64,000 nucleotides of DNA from Lingula anatina (Eukaryota; Animalia; Brachiopoda), in assembly GCA_051362555.1 (NCBI GenBank), contig CM120645.1, forward strand, positions 7,688,001-7,752,000, written 5' to 3'. Position numbers and translations under genes: made by a program. Within the stretch, counting starts at the first letter, position 1. Each line of letters opens with the position of its first letter. Under the pieces are notes generated by a model that searched no databases, was not told the origin of the DNA, and was given only the letters and a program-made list of their open reading frames with translations. This document shows positions 26,401 to 39,931 of the stretch, piece after piece.

Positions 26401-29400
26401 AATGTATTAGTTTTCAGTCGACATATTTCACAAATGTTTCTATACGTTATTCACGGCAACTGGTGGGCGATTTCATTAAAGCGACGCAAATGTTTCACCT
26501 TTTCATATATTCAGTTATTGTTGTAATCTTTCTTCTTTAGCGGAAGGCAGCGTGTTTGCGATAGCCTTAATAGTGTGCCCACTCATAATACAGGCGATTT
26601 ATACCATGACCAGCCGGATGCATGTGTTTTCAATCTCACTGGCTGACAAGTACGTATGATTATTGGTTCGTGCAGGGTGGAGGGTGGAGCAATTCCATTC
26701 TGCCAGAAAATGCAAAAATGGGTTAAATGGAATTGCGTTTTGAAATAAAACTCTACATTCTTTTCAGTTTTGTTAAAACATACGTCAGCCTCCATAAGTT
26801 CATAGAAAAAAAGGAGAAATCGTATATCAGCGGTGTAGAAGAAATCTTAATTCCAATTTCTTTTTTTATTCTTTGACATAAAATTTAGAAAAACGAACTC
26901 AACAAATAACACCTAGCAGGGGGTATGATGAACTGCTGTCGTAGAAACCGTAGAAAATAGCAGAACCCATGCATTTAGGCAACTTTTTCCCAATAATACC
27001 CCCCACCCCTACCCCAACACGCCTTGTTTGCTTGACTATGCCATTCAGTTCTATCTGTTCACCTTAGATTTTAAACTATCCATCACAAATACAGAGAACA
27101 GCTAGGAAAACTTGTTGCCTGTCACAAGTTGGATAAAAGCATGAGCTTTTTTTCAAAAAAGAGATAGGCATTTCTATAGCACCTCGTTATCTTCTTCCGG
27201 AAACGAACTTTAAATGACCACTAAGTTCCAAGCTGAAGTTCATTTATCTGAATGACATAATTTTGCCACATTGCCATTGATTTGCCTAGATTATTTCTAA
27301 TATATTTGCTAAGTAGGTCCTACTTCATGTTTACATGTGAGACAAGCAGTCACTTTCTGTTTTCCTCTCACAATTTCAAATTGATAAAAGGTAGAGGTAG
27401 TTTTATAATTTTCAGTGGTACTCTGTAGAATTTACAAAGATATTGAAAGATATGTTAATTTCAAATTGTTTGTCTTTTCACAATTAATAGAAAAAAACGG
27501 AGAAACATCTTTTTTCCTTACCTTTAAAAAGCCTAAAGGTTTCCTTAATAATATTACTGTACATAAATGAGACACTTCGATTTAAGTCTTCACAGTATCA
27601 TACTGATTCTCTATTAACAATAACGATTCACCGTTGGAAGATCTTATAATTTAAATCAGAAATGCATCCGTCAAATATGTTCTGAATTTAAGTTCACACT
27701 CAATTTTCCCATACAGACGTGAAACCTATACATATGTCCTAGCAACAAAAATTCAAGAGGCCTCAAGTTATACTAAATTGCCATTTTAATTAATATTGTT
27801 CCAGGACAAAACAACTGAACAAGGAGAAAAATCGAACAGATACGCTACTGTACCAAATGTTGCCCAAGGCCGTTGCCGAAACTCTAAAGAAAAACGAGGA
27901 GGTTACAGCTGAATTCTATGAAAGCGTCACCATTTTCTTTTCCGATATTGTCGGTTTTACAGACATATCAGCATCTAGTTCCCCGTTTCAGGTAAGTCTA
28001 CAGCACAGCAGGTACTGCACATTGCGCAACGCATTCGTCAGCTTAATATTTGCTGCTCACCGTGCAAATTTGATTCCAAGAGGTATTTTGGTACATGTAT
28101 TAATATAGAGTTGGCGCTATCAGCAGCGGTGGTGTTTTAAGAGGGCATTCACAACAGATGATCCTCGGATCTACTAATCCGCGGATCACATATGGCGGTC
28201 CCTACATGAAAGCAGGGCTGACTAATCCGCTGATGGTTTCCCTGCCGCCGCACGAGCCATTTAACGGATTAAATCAAGGCTCCGAGGTTAAATTGCTAGA
28301 AGACCTGCATGGACGGCGAGTGTGGAGGCAGGGAGACTTTTTAATACATACGTATGCAATGTCAGTTTCTGAGGGAAATGTAAAACACATAAAAAAACTT
28401 ACTCAAGTAGATATCTCTACTGCTGAATCGGAGTTAATATCAGCTTCCCTAATTATTGAGTAATCTCATTATTTCTGCTTTGATAATTTAAACCTTTCCG
28501 TTGAAATGGCGGTAGGGTAAAGGTGAACGTTTACGAGGCCTATTTCTTTTTGTAGGTAGTTCAGATGTTGAATAGTCTATATTCATCCTTTGACGAGAGG
28601 ATTGGACGATATGACGTGTACAAGGTGGAGACAATTGGTGACGCTTATATGGTGGCATCAGGTATTTAATACGGGTGGGAGGCGTAGGATTCTTTTCCAA
28701 GAAGGTCTATTCTGGGAACTACCGGTAGCCATTTTGTGTGATATAACTTTAGTGCGAGAATCTTTCTAAACATTAAGACAAAATGTGTGGTCGACTTTGA
28801 TCCAAGATAAATACAGGTTATTAGTACACGGAAATAGTAGTCTTTGTATTGGTAGTTATAGTACATGTAGTAGTACCGGTAGTACATGTACATGTAGTAG
28901 TAGTAATAGTAGTAAAGGTAGCTTGTCCAATGTTTATGTTAAAATGAGAAATTGCACCTGTTTTATAAAAGTAACTCGGGTGATACTACTTATCCTATCG
29001 ACCTATCGAAGTGAACCCCTCTGAATTAATCATGAACACAGGTAGGCCAATTTTTAGGTCTAAAAAGAGCCTTCTCTTCTAGATCCATGTCCAACTTCTC
29101 CCTGTAAGGGCCCCTTTACACTGGACGGCGTCCTTTCTGCGTCCAGCAGTACGGCCCCATTTAAGAGTTAAAAAGTTATTATACTTTACGTTGCGATAAC
29201 TGGCCGATCATAAAGCATTCATTCTGATACAAATTCAATGCTCGTGCCTCCTTATTAAGACCACAGCGATGCCAAATTTCATGGTCGCAGAAAGGACGCA
29301 GAAAGGACGCTGTCCATTGTAAAGGGGGTATAATAGCCATTTCATGCTGGTTTCACAACTCTGTTTCTGTGTGATTCACTAATAAGTCAACAAACTCGAT

Positions 29401-32400
29401 ATTCGTCCTGTTCCAGGGTTGCCCAAGCGTAATGAAAACCGCCATTCTGCAGAGATAGCCACCATGTCCCTTGACCTCCTTGACCACATCTCACAGCTTG
29501 AAATACCGCACATGCCGGAGAAAAAGTTTCGACTGAGGATTGGCTTACACACAGGTAATTACACTGTAAAAGCATCGTTGATCCGTGTTTTTAAATATAA
29601 AAGTCAGTTGTGATTGAAAGTTATGTTTTGGTGTCATACGTATGTCCGGTCGCTTTACATCTTCAAAAAACCCTACTGTAAATCTGAAGTGCCCCCGCTG
29701 TGATGGAATTGAAACTTAAACTCATTTCTTACTAAAATATAAAGAGTGACAAAAAGAAGACTAATGATACCATTTGAGCAAATGACGGACCAGGAGAAAC
29801 TAAAAAACTGAAAACTGGCTTGACACCAAAAGTGAATCATGCTTGAGAGCCATACACGTATTTAGTAATATTACTGAAAGTTTTACGAAGCGAAACACGT
29901 ATCACTAGCAACAGTTGTTTTATCCTTGCTATTTCTCTGTCATTATGCCATATATTTTATATTGGCATAAATGTAATTTAACTGAGTACAGTACCCGTTA
30001 AATGTAATATGTACATATTTTAATCCTGAATAAAGAATCATTGTTATTAATTCAAGAGTTTCTCATCTGTAATGCCATAAGTTGTTAACACTGCAACGGC
30101 TTAGAGTCAGATAATTTCATAACAATGTGCCAATCTCCCCCATTTAAGGAAACACTCAGGCCATCCGACATCCCTTATAGGTTGTGTCGAGATGAATTGA
30201 TATCAGCATTTATCGATCACATTTCTCTCCTTACATTTCGTATACTAAATTAGTATTGTGAAGAAATACTGTCACCATGAGCAATGATGAGCAGATGCAT
30301 GTATTTAATATACAATTGAAAACCCTTTACAAGGAGAGGTCCTAATAACTCGTCCTTCATGATATAAGGCTATAGAAGTTTTTTGCTCAATCACCTTTAC
30401 TTCTGTTCATAATTAGGTGCTTGACAAGAATACTGTTTGTGGTTATAAATTCTTTTATTTGGTCGTGTTCAACGCATCGACTCCATTTATGCGCCTCTCT
30501 TACGTAATAACCAGGTTTTTGAAAGCCATCAATTTCACAAAAGTACAGCTATATAATAACAACAGTCGGTGTAAAAGGACCTTGGATAACATCTCAGAAA
30601 ACACAATAAAAATCTCCAGGTATTGTCCGTCTTATGTGCAAATAAACCCAGTGTTACCTGAGAAGCGATAATAAAAACACACCAGCGGGATATTCATAAA
30701 AAGTGCGAGATAATAGACAACACCATATCCGTTTGTTACTCATATTAATAAGTTGTAGTGCTAAGTATTTGTTATGAACTAGGATGAAACTGGTATTTTT
30801 ATCATTCCATTTCCAGGGTCGGTTGTTGCGGGCGTGGTGGGGTTGAAGATGCCGCGTTACTGCCTCTTTGGTGAAACCGTCAGCATAGCGTCACGCATGG
30901 AATCTTTCGGATCGCGTAAGAACAGTTTGCAAACATCACGCAACGTATGCTATACACGCCAAAATGCTAAGGGAATTAATCTGTCATAAGCCACAAGCAT
31001 AAGTTTGCATGAGAGTCATATGAGGCAGTTAAAACGGCGTAAAAGCCTCAAGAATTACCAGGGTAGTTCCAGGGTACATGTTGAAGGAGGAGGTTGGAGT
31101 AGGGGCCGATGAACGTTATATTAATATCTGTCTCAAAAGAATGTCCGCTGTACCCAGGGGCGTCTCTACGGGATACGGCGCCTATTGCAAGCAATGGAAT
31201 TTCACCGTTATCTTAACAACCAACACCCACATTAATAGATACTTGTAACACTTTGATAGAAAAATAGCTAAAAATGGAAGTCCCTTCCGTATATTTTTGT
31301 ATTAGCAAATTATGGCACTACACGAAAATTGTCTTTCCCAAAAGCTTCTCAAAAACGTCTCTGAATTGCCCGACTAGGTGTACATGTAAAACAGCTCTAG
31401 ATGAGAAACATTGATGGATATCTTTATATTATTATCTGTACAGCCAACAAGATCCATCTGAGTGGAACTACCCATGCGGCACTCACAGAGATTGGTGGAT
31501 TTTCTATGACAAGAAGAGAGAAGGAAATAGTGCTGGTACGAATGCTCTATTGGTGTCGGTACTTTTGTCATGTCTTCTGTGTTTTGAGTTGATCTTACCT
31601 TTGCATTTTGAGTGTAACATTTGACGAATGGTTCTTCGTTTATTGGCGTAGTGTTGCATCAGACAAACAGCTATTTGCTGGTCATTCCAAAAACCGACCT
31701 GCTTCCATTTGCTGACATAGATGTGCCTTCAAATTGGTACCAGAAACAAACCAATTTAGACAATCCGAGTTAATTAAAGCAATGCAAAAAAACGATATGT
31801 TTGAGCGTCCTTTTCAACAATATATTTGCGTTACAGTATACAGAATTGTAATTTGCCTTTGACCAGTTAAGTCAAGAAGCCGGTATGGCATGCTAAGCGT
31901 CGGTTGGATGAATTGGGCTCTTTCTGTATGATACATGTATTGCATGTTCGCACTTGCTTAAATCATATTTTGCGTGCTAATCTGGTATATTTTGCACTTC
32001 AACTAATATGGTAATCGATACAAATTAACTTATATCACGCAGTGTTAATGGGCTCATAGTTATGGTGTAGCGCGGGTTGCTCGAAATGAAAACGATCAGT
32101 ATTAACGCATATTCTTCAATAATAGGCTCAATGCGTGAGGATAATGAGGGAAACATTGGTGAAAATTGTGAAACCCCATGAATACGTCATTATCACACTC
32201 TGTCCCTTCAATTATCACGTTGTGACAAAATGTCAAAACTAAAGTATTCAACATTCCAATATTTCGTTCCTCTAATCAGATTCCCATTCACAATTTCAGG
32301 GAGACTCCATGTTGTCGATGGTAATAAAAGGAGACATCAGTACATATTGGCTGTGGGATAAAGAGGGGATGCATAGGAGGCAGGCCTTCAATAGTAGTCA

Positions 32401-33285
32401 GCGGTCAGTTGATCATGGTAAGTGACAAACACGTAAGTCTGCTTGTACATTCATCTTCATCCCACAGTCGAGATTCAAATCCAATAAGATTGCCAATCCT
32501 CCTTACGGAAATGCTGATTGTAATCGAATCGCTCCTGAGTGAGATTCAGACTTAAAAATACCTAACCATGCACTTACTACTTCAAAGTGAGGATATTTCA
32601 AATTGTTCAAATGCTGAAACTTAATATTCACGGAAACAGTATCGCAAATGGGATCTGCACTTGAACATTACGAATGATTTGTAGATAAAAAAAATATCCT
32701 CCCAATCATCACGGATTTAATGCAGTGCAGCTAATTGCATGATCTATAATAATAAAATGAATGGAAAACAACCGATGTTGCCTTTTCTTAATGAATACCT
32801 ACATTCATAATCCTAGACAAATCCCGAAACAAAGAGAATAAATATCCACTATTTACTGTTGTTTGGCCAACTAACATTTTTTGTCTGTGTTCGTGATCAT
32901 GACCAATGTTCTTGCGCCTGTTTTAAAATTGCTGGGTAATATAGGCAAGTCCGATCATAGTGATGTTCTTGTATTTGTTTTGAATTCAATGTTGCTCATT
33001 ATGAAACGATAGGTGCAATGGCTGTTGGCATTCTATGACAATAATAAGGATTTACCCATTTGATGTTTTGTTTCGCAGCCAAAGTTCCATAACTCTGACA
33101 AAATTTAAAATGGGCTCCCACCTTTTAAGGTGATCCTGCTGTTGTTATTAAATTTCATGTTTTTTAAATTTTTTTTAGATAATGCATATTCTCCTGCCTG
33201 TTCCCCAGGCCCCGAGGCGTGTCATATCCCAGATAACCCCTTCATACAGAGAAGATTAAGCGTTGTCATCTGCGATGAACCTTAA
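18068..33285 (+). CDS. NIT-domain membrane guanylyl cyclase (NIT-GC family), ~701 aa, 13 exons
   Basis: Exons 18068-18263, 20566-20714 (GC donor), 20951-21044, 24131-24381, 25579-26038, 26541-26649, 27805-27991, 28556-28661, 29417-29554, 30817-30915, 31444-31535, 32300-32417, 33179-33285; 2106 nt, open throughout. TM1, NIT motifs [13 protein letters not shown] and [14 protein letters not shown]2, signalling helix [14 protein letters not shown], cyclase motifs [39 protein letters not shown]. Confidence 0.9.
20395..20472. repeat. Compound (TG)n(AG)n microsatellite
   Basis: Seen directly in NIT-GC intron 1. Confidence 0.95.
23077..23521. mobile_element. Fold-back/MITE with ~120-bp TIRs and internal partial direct copies of the TIR
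   Basis: GAAGTGGGCAACTTTGGCTTACT at 23077 and its reverse complement ending at 23521, TA on both sides, further direct copies near 23220 and 23322. Confidence 0.75.
24505..25401. mobile_element. MITE with ~220-bp TIRs in NIT-GC intron 4
   Basis: 24512-24732 is the reverse complement of 25195-25394 (CGGAGGAGACCA...GAAATAATAGGAGCATGATA). Confidence 0.8.
29108..29330. mobile_element. Harbinger-like MITE
   Basis: TIRs CCCCTTTACACTGGACGGCGTCCTTTCTGCGTCC / GGACGCAGAAAGGACGCTGTCCATTGTAAAGGGG; TAA at 29105-29107 and 29331-29333. Confidence 0.8.
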
Positions 33286-33765
33286 CATTATGCATTTGGA
33301 GTTTCTCGCGCCATTTACGAGGGAATGTTTTGAATCTGTTAAGAATTAGAGGCACAGCTAATTTAAAAGAATTATATAATTATCATTCCATACAGCTTCT
33401 ATGTAAAATTGAAGTTAGCTTTACTTTTGATTTTTGGCCTTTTTCTGAGCAATATAAAGAATACCAAAGATTAAGACCTGATTGACACAGATAATTGTGA
33501 ACCAATTTTGCAGAAAAAAAGGAAGTGTTTGACGTTATGAGTAGAGAGATCACTGCAAATAAAATATTGAGTAAATTGTATAATGAAAAGATGATTTTGC
33601 TAACTTGGTGTATTGTAGCTTTGTTAATCTTGGACCCGAAAGTTGGGTCTAAAAATGTGGTGCACAGTTTATACCTTCATGTTGCTTCGTTATACGCACT
33701 TAACCGGGCTGTATGACCAACGTTTATATATCTAGTTTATACCCTATATATTGTAATTTATGTTG

Positions 33766-34017
33766 TTATTGATTGTCTTTATTGAATTTGGTTTCGTATG
33801 AGGTTAAAGATGTTTTTATTGATAATCTTAATTGTAATTGGTTTTGTGTGAAATTATAGCTGTTTTTATTAATTATCTTAATTGAATTTGGATTTATGTG
33901 AAAATATAGCTGTCTCTAATGATCATCTTAATTCTAATTGGTTTTATGTGAGAATAACGGTGTTTTTATTGAATATCTTAATTGTAATTGGTTTTATGTG
34001 AGAATTAGGCTGTTTTA
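33766..34017. repeat. 50-bp minisatellite, 5 diverged copies
   Basis: Units start at 33766, 33816, 33866, 33916, 33966; representative unit TTATTGATAATCTTAATTGTAATTGGTTTTGTGTGAAATTATAGCTGTTT. Confidence 0.85.
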
Positions 34018-34140
34018 TGTAGCTTAAACTTTCTTAATATATATTTTTTATTTTACCTATCTTGTAAATTGTGTTTTTAAGTACTTGTTTTTTGTGTAAA
34101 GTCTACAGAACAGTTTTAATGGGTTTTAAACTTTTAACAG

Positions 34141-34173
<33 letters not shown>

Positions 34174-34321
34174 GCGATTGTGAAAGTATCAGGCTTACAT
34201 GCAGTATATGTTCTAATGGATTCCATAAGCAACTCCATTAGGTCAGATACGTTTAGAAAATTTTAACTGAAATATTAAATACTTGCATTCATTTATCAGT
34301 TAATGTTAACTGATTCTTTAA

Positions 34322-34540
34322 CAGTGGCGGATTTAGGGGGGTGTCAGGAGGTCCTGACCCTCCAATTTACGAAAAAAAATCACACTTATGGCCCCCTCTT
34401 GAAATTAGAATTTAGACTAGCTGAGTCTTGTTCAAAACCGTTCGAAATAATATCAACATGAAATACCCCACGCCAAGGGGAGGGGGGGGGGGTCGGCTTC
34501 CCGTCCTTGCCCCCTTCAAATAATCGTTGATAGGCCCCTG
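34322..34540. mobile_element. hAT-like MITE
   Basis: Ends CAGTGGCGGATTT / GATAGGCCCCTG, internal G and C runs, CTTTAA direct repeat on both flanks (6 bp rather than the canonical 8). Confidence 0.55.
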
Positions 34541-35667
34541 CTTTAAGACCAAACTGCTTTCAAGATATACATTAACTGATCCATGAAATGCATTAATTTC
34601 CATAAATAGAGAATGATTTCAATATACAAACATATAGTTAAGTGCAAAGCATTTTACTGTATATATAATGTTATGTATATGATGACGCTTATTCCCAAAA
34701 AAAAAGAGCCTCGAACCAACCAAACCTGTAGACTCTTTTGTAATGATGAAAATTTTGTGATTTTTCCCAGTACCATTTTCCCAGTGCCATCACTGCCTAC
34801 ATTAGAAAAACTTAGATCTACCAACTAACACAAGTATTTGTGTAATACATTGGAAGGTGTAAGGAAGGAAGCGCTGAGATAAGCGGCCTTTTGAATTCCT
34901 TGTGAAACTCGAAATAGTCAGCTCTAAGTAAATTAGTAGATACGATTTTAGCCCATTAACTGACTCTGGGGCTCATGTACAAACGTGATTATAATGATAC
35001 ACTTTACAGTCATTTCAGATACAAAATCAACCTTTTCATCACTCATCCAATCAAACGTGTTGTTTTAAAATACTTGGCGGTTTAATACTTTCTGCTTCCA
35101 CAAGGGAAGACTTACGGGAAGAAGACCCGAGCTATATATGGTTAAGCAAATGTTTTTTTATATACAGTGTTCACAAACATGTTAATTGTGTAGGGAATTA
35201 AGGCACACTCGCAAGCAAAGCATGCGTACGCACTGACAGCAAAGCAAGTCTGTGATGTAATTGATATTTCAACGTGAATAAAAGCTGTTATAATTTTTCT
35301 TCATTTTGATGTGGTTGATACACGTAAACAGCTTTGATGTTAAAAATAACATGGACCAAGGTATCCTTGGCAGTTACTATGGCCGCAGTGATTTAATTTT
35401 ATGGATGACATCCTCTGGAGACCCAGAAACAATGCGAGAGGGCGAACAAAAAACAGCAAAAATGTTGCTAAGTAAAAGAATACACAGCTGGAAAACAATA
35501 AAACACGGTGCATCAGACAAAAAAGGCGCTTTGGTTCGCTGTGAAAACACAAAGTAGCCAACAGTTATCTGCTTTATCTCAGTATATGAAACAAAAGTCT
35601 TTCTTCGCGCTGACAATATTAAAGAATCGTCTGCTTCATATATGTGTCGTACAAACGACTGAGAATA

Positions 35668-35746
<79 letters not shown>
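35668..35746. repeat. Compound (CA)n(TA)n microsatellite
   Basis: Seen directly. Confidence 0.95.
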
Positions 35747-35747
<1 letters not shown>

Positions 35748-38607
35748 TTTTAAAAAAGCTACGATAAATTTTCAACTTTTCCTCCCATGTCTCTCTTCGT
35801 TACAAAGCAAACCTATATGACCGCTGAGGATAAGGCGTCTGCCAAGTTGTCTGGACGATAGTCGCTCCCCGCCGCCAGTCTCTCGTGTACTTTTATGTTT
35901 TTTGACGAGGATGACGCGGCCGCCATATTTGCATCCACGTTTGGCGGCAATTTTACGCACGTGCATTTACGCCTAATTCAGGTTTTGCAATAGAAGATCA
36001 ACGAGAATCACGAAAACCCAGGCCTTTGCGGCATTTTAGGCACATACGGTGACAGGAGTTAGTGCCGATTAGGTGATTTTTATTTGAGAACAGGCGAAAG
36101 TTAATGCTCGCACGGATTTTATCCATATAATTAAATCAGTGTGGCCTTATAGGTTTTCAATTTGATAGCAAGTCTTCTAGTGGGGCCTTATAAATGTTTC
36201 ATCAATACGTTTATAATACGTTAATATTAATAAGTTTTAACACAATTTGGTATTACTATGAAAGTGATGAAAACCAAGTCTGACGATATTCCTGGTGATT
36301 ACTTTTATTTTAAAAAATTGGAACTATTGGGAGAATAGATCTTATACAATTTGATTTTAAAGGATGAAACAAACATAATATGAATTTTCCGTATCAGTCG
36401 TACCTGCATTTCTGAACTGCTTATCAGCCCACAGATATAGATATATCATAAATAAATTAGAGTCCGCTGGCACAAGAAAGCTGAGCTGTCACAGTAGAGT
36501 AACTATACTATCAGCAATTGAACAGCTTCATCACTGGGTTAGACTAAACGATATGAAACTAAACATAGTCAAAGCAAAACTAAGAGTATTGAATTTACCC
36601 ACGTTATATATAAAGAATGTAAGGTGCTTGTCGTCCTAACTCTAGATTTGATGATCAATTTTTTCCTGCTTTGACCAAAGTTAAGTCAGATTTTGACATT
36701 TTCTAAAAAAAAATAACACATATTTAACATATGAGTTTGAATATGTTTACAAGAGGGGCTTATATGCATTTTGCAAAATTAAACCTACGAGGAAGTCTTA
36801 CAGAATATTGACTGAACGACCGTAATGACATACCTTGAGATTTTTTCTATTTCTCTGCAAATTCTAGGATGCGAAAGGTCGTGTATTTTACTAAACGGAA
36901 AACACAGCTAAGTACCTTAGAAAAATTAGCAAATATCGTCTCTACAACGATAAGTGCACGTACATGTAGGAGCTACAAGTGCAGAGGTGCTTTTACGGCA
37001 AAATAAGCACAAACATTAAAGTACCGCCAGCATTTTACTGTCAGCTGTTGAAGCTAGGCTATACTATCTTAACGTGAAGTGATGCTCTTCTATTTTATCT
37101 GCTTAATATCAAGTGGCTTAATTGAAGTACACATAGAGTTATTTAAACCATGTATTTACAGCATTTACACCCGCTTTGAAATAGAGTAAAAGTGCTAAGG
37201 AATTCAGATGTTTGGAATCTCAGTGAGACACAATGCATCTAAGGGGTGAATTAAATCTGATACTGGACTTACGACGAAATAATTCAACAACCCAGCATAG
37301 ACCGGGAGCAGTGACGTAGGTAAGTAGACTTGTTTGGACTGAAATGTCCAATTCTGAATTTGCACTTTCTCTGGTAAATTAGGATGTAGATCAAAGTAAA
37401 AATCTGCTGTGAGATTTGAATACTAAATGAACAACTATATTGCAGTGTGGTAAATTTGTGGATGAATAATTGAATATGAAATTAAAAGAAAAGACAACGA
37501 TGGCCTAGTTTCGATCGTAGCTGTCGCCATGGACCTACCGCTGCAACAGCGGGGAAACACAGGAAACCTCAGGCTGTGTGCTCTGTCTTCGGTCACTCCT
37601 CAAACATGACCAGCCTGTTCTGATGCGGCTTTGCCCAGGGGAAGCAGGTAAATGCCCTAGGCTCAGTGGATGGTGCACGTATTTCAACAAGTACCTTACT
37701 GGTTAAGATAAGTGCTTTGTACATTTTTACCGCAGACATTGTTTTTATTTCTGTAAGTTCGTTACTTGCAAAAAAATTGCAAGTCTATTGGCCTGCTCTT
37801 TTGTTTGTGTGTGGTCAAATTTTTATAATTTTTTTTAATTTTTAATTTTTTTAATTAATTTATTTTTTCTTTTAGGCAGTGATAAGGAGGTTTAAGGCAG
37901 TGATTAGGAGATTTAAGGCAGTAATTAGGAGATTTTTGCCAACGCTAACAGTAGCCCTAAGTTTACCAAGTTTTCAATGAATGACACCCGAATGGTTGAA
38001 AGTTTTCAGGGAATTTTATTCTCAATTAGGGCAAAATTACATTTTCAAGCTCTACTCGTGGAGTTTAATTTATTCATTAATTTAAATATGAATTTACTTG
38101 GAAGAAAGATTTTCATAAAGATTATATTTATTGTCTATACGTAAAAAATTCCAGAAAATAGTTTGAAAAAATTAACATGAAGAAACCCATTGAACATTTT
38201 TTAAAGAATTTTGCATTTTTGCAAATTCTGGGTGTAACCTCATTGATACAGGCCGGGCTGTGGATTTACAAGTAAGGGAGATTGATTTACTTTTAAGAAT
38301 TTTAAAGTTTGCCAGTTCTTTTCAAAGACTGATTCCATCTTTTCAATGGGTAAAAATATCAATATTTCAGGGAAGTCTCAGCAGAAATAATGGTGCCATC
38401 CTCCCTGATCTATACCTGCCTTTTCCTAAGGCGATGGGGGGGGGGGGGAGCAAGTACACTGTATATCCCCCAAATAGAGGCTATACCTAAAAATATCATT
38501 CCCTGATGAAGGTGCTCTGACACACATTAAAATATAATATTTCAATATTTAACTGTTGATTGAAAAAAAATTGCCTTATGCAGATACATTAAATAGAGTC
38601 ATTATAG

Positions 38608-38651
<44 letters not shown>

Positions 38652-38817
38652 TATTTGTATTTTTCTGTTTAGAATAAAAGCATCAGGTAGCCCGTTTTTT
38701 AGTTTTGTTGATACCACTCAATGGGAATGTTTTAATTTTAAGAATTAATGACCTCATGGAAAAGACTGAGTCATTATCGTATTTATTAGATCTATGTACT
38801 ATAGTTCGCAAGTAACT

Positions 38818-39025
38818 TTTATCACCTCTGTCATGGAGGTTATGCTTTTGGCCCCTTTAGTTAGTTATTTAGTCAGCAAGTTTGTTGGTTTATTTGTTTG
38901 TTTGTTCCCAACATTGTGCAAAACGCAACGGGCGGACCTAAAGAGTTTTTAAGAATCACTGATGGGCCAAGGAAGAAATTATTAAATTTTGGGGGTTCGG
39001 CTTACCATTGTGACGCGCTGTGCTT
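38818..39025 (+). mobile_element. Degenerate HINE/DINE-like repeat
   Basis: Starts with hairpin ACCTCTGTCATGGAGGT, then (TTTG)n tract and ATGGGCCAAGGAAGAA; resembles the element at 11663. Confidence 0.5.
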
Positions 39026-39931
39026 TGAAGCTCCACAAGCAGTAATAATTACGTCTTGGTCTATTGTAATGGTACACGTCACCTCTCACCTGACCTCTGA
39101 CCTGACCTCTGACCTGACCTCTTGCACCTTCACGTCACTCTACGTCGTAGCCACGCAACTTTTAATAATTACGCATTTACGACACCCACGAACTGGATCA
39201 CTTACTGCATTAAATTGAAAAGGAAAAAATTAAACGGGTATTGTACTTTACTGCTATATTTGTAGTTTTTTTTATATACATGACTATCACTATCGAAAGT
39301 ACTTTTCTTTTCACAATACCAGCATGTGGAGCAGTCAAAATAGAATTGAGAAGATACCGTGAACATTTTTACATTTTCATGGATTAAGAGATAGGGTGAT
39401 TTAACTAATTATTGATAATTCGAGTTATTTATCATCTTTTCAAAGCTAGATGATATTGGCCAGATATGACAGGGCCATTAGTTTTGATCTAGCATTTTTT
39501 AAGTAAATGCAACGGACTGCAGATCTGATACATTCAGAGGGATCTTGTCCCCGAGGCCTTGACAGTGTTGTTAAAAGTCGCATAATGTTCTTTGTAAATA
39601 TTGGTACTGAAAACTACTAAACAACTCCAAATACCACTTTTTTAGTATTCTAATAAAGCTTTGCATTTAAAAGAAAATATATTTTAGGGCAAATCGTTCA
39701 TTGGAAACATTACGAAGTGGTGTCTTTTATTAATTGTCTTGTTAACAGGGTTGTTCGGATACCATTGGACACCCCAGTGAGAGTCATAACCTCTTTCACG
39801 TCCGTACATGTAGAGCATGCACCACTTTCTTTGCTTGTGTTTTCATGGCAATTACCATAAGTTGTTTCGACAACCTTACTATATAATAACCCTACTAAAA
39901 TGAAAACAAAGCATATCCTTAGTAGCTCCTA

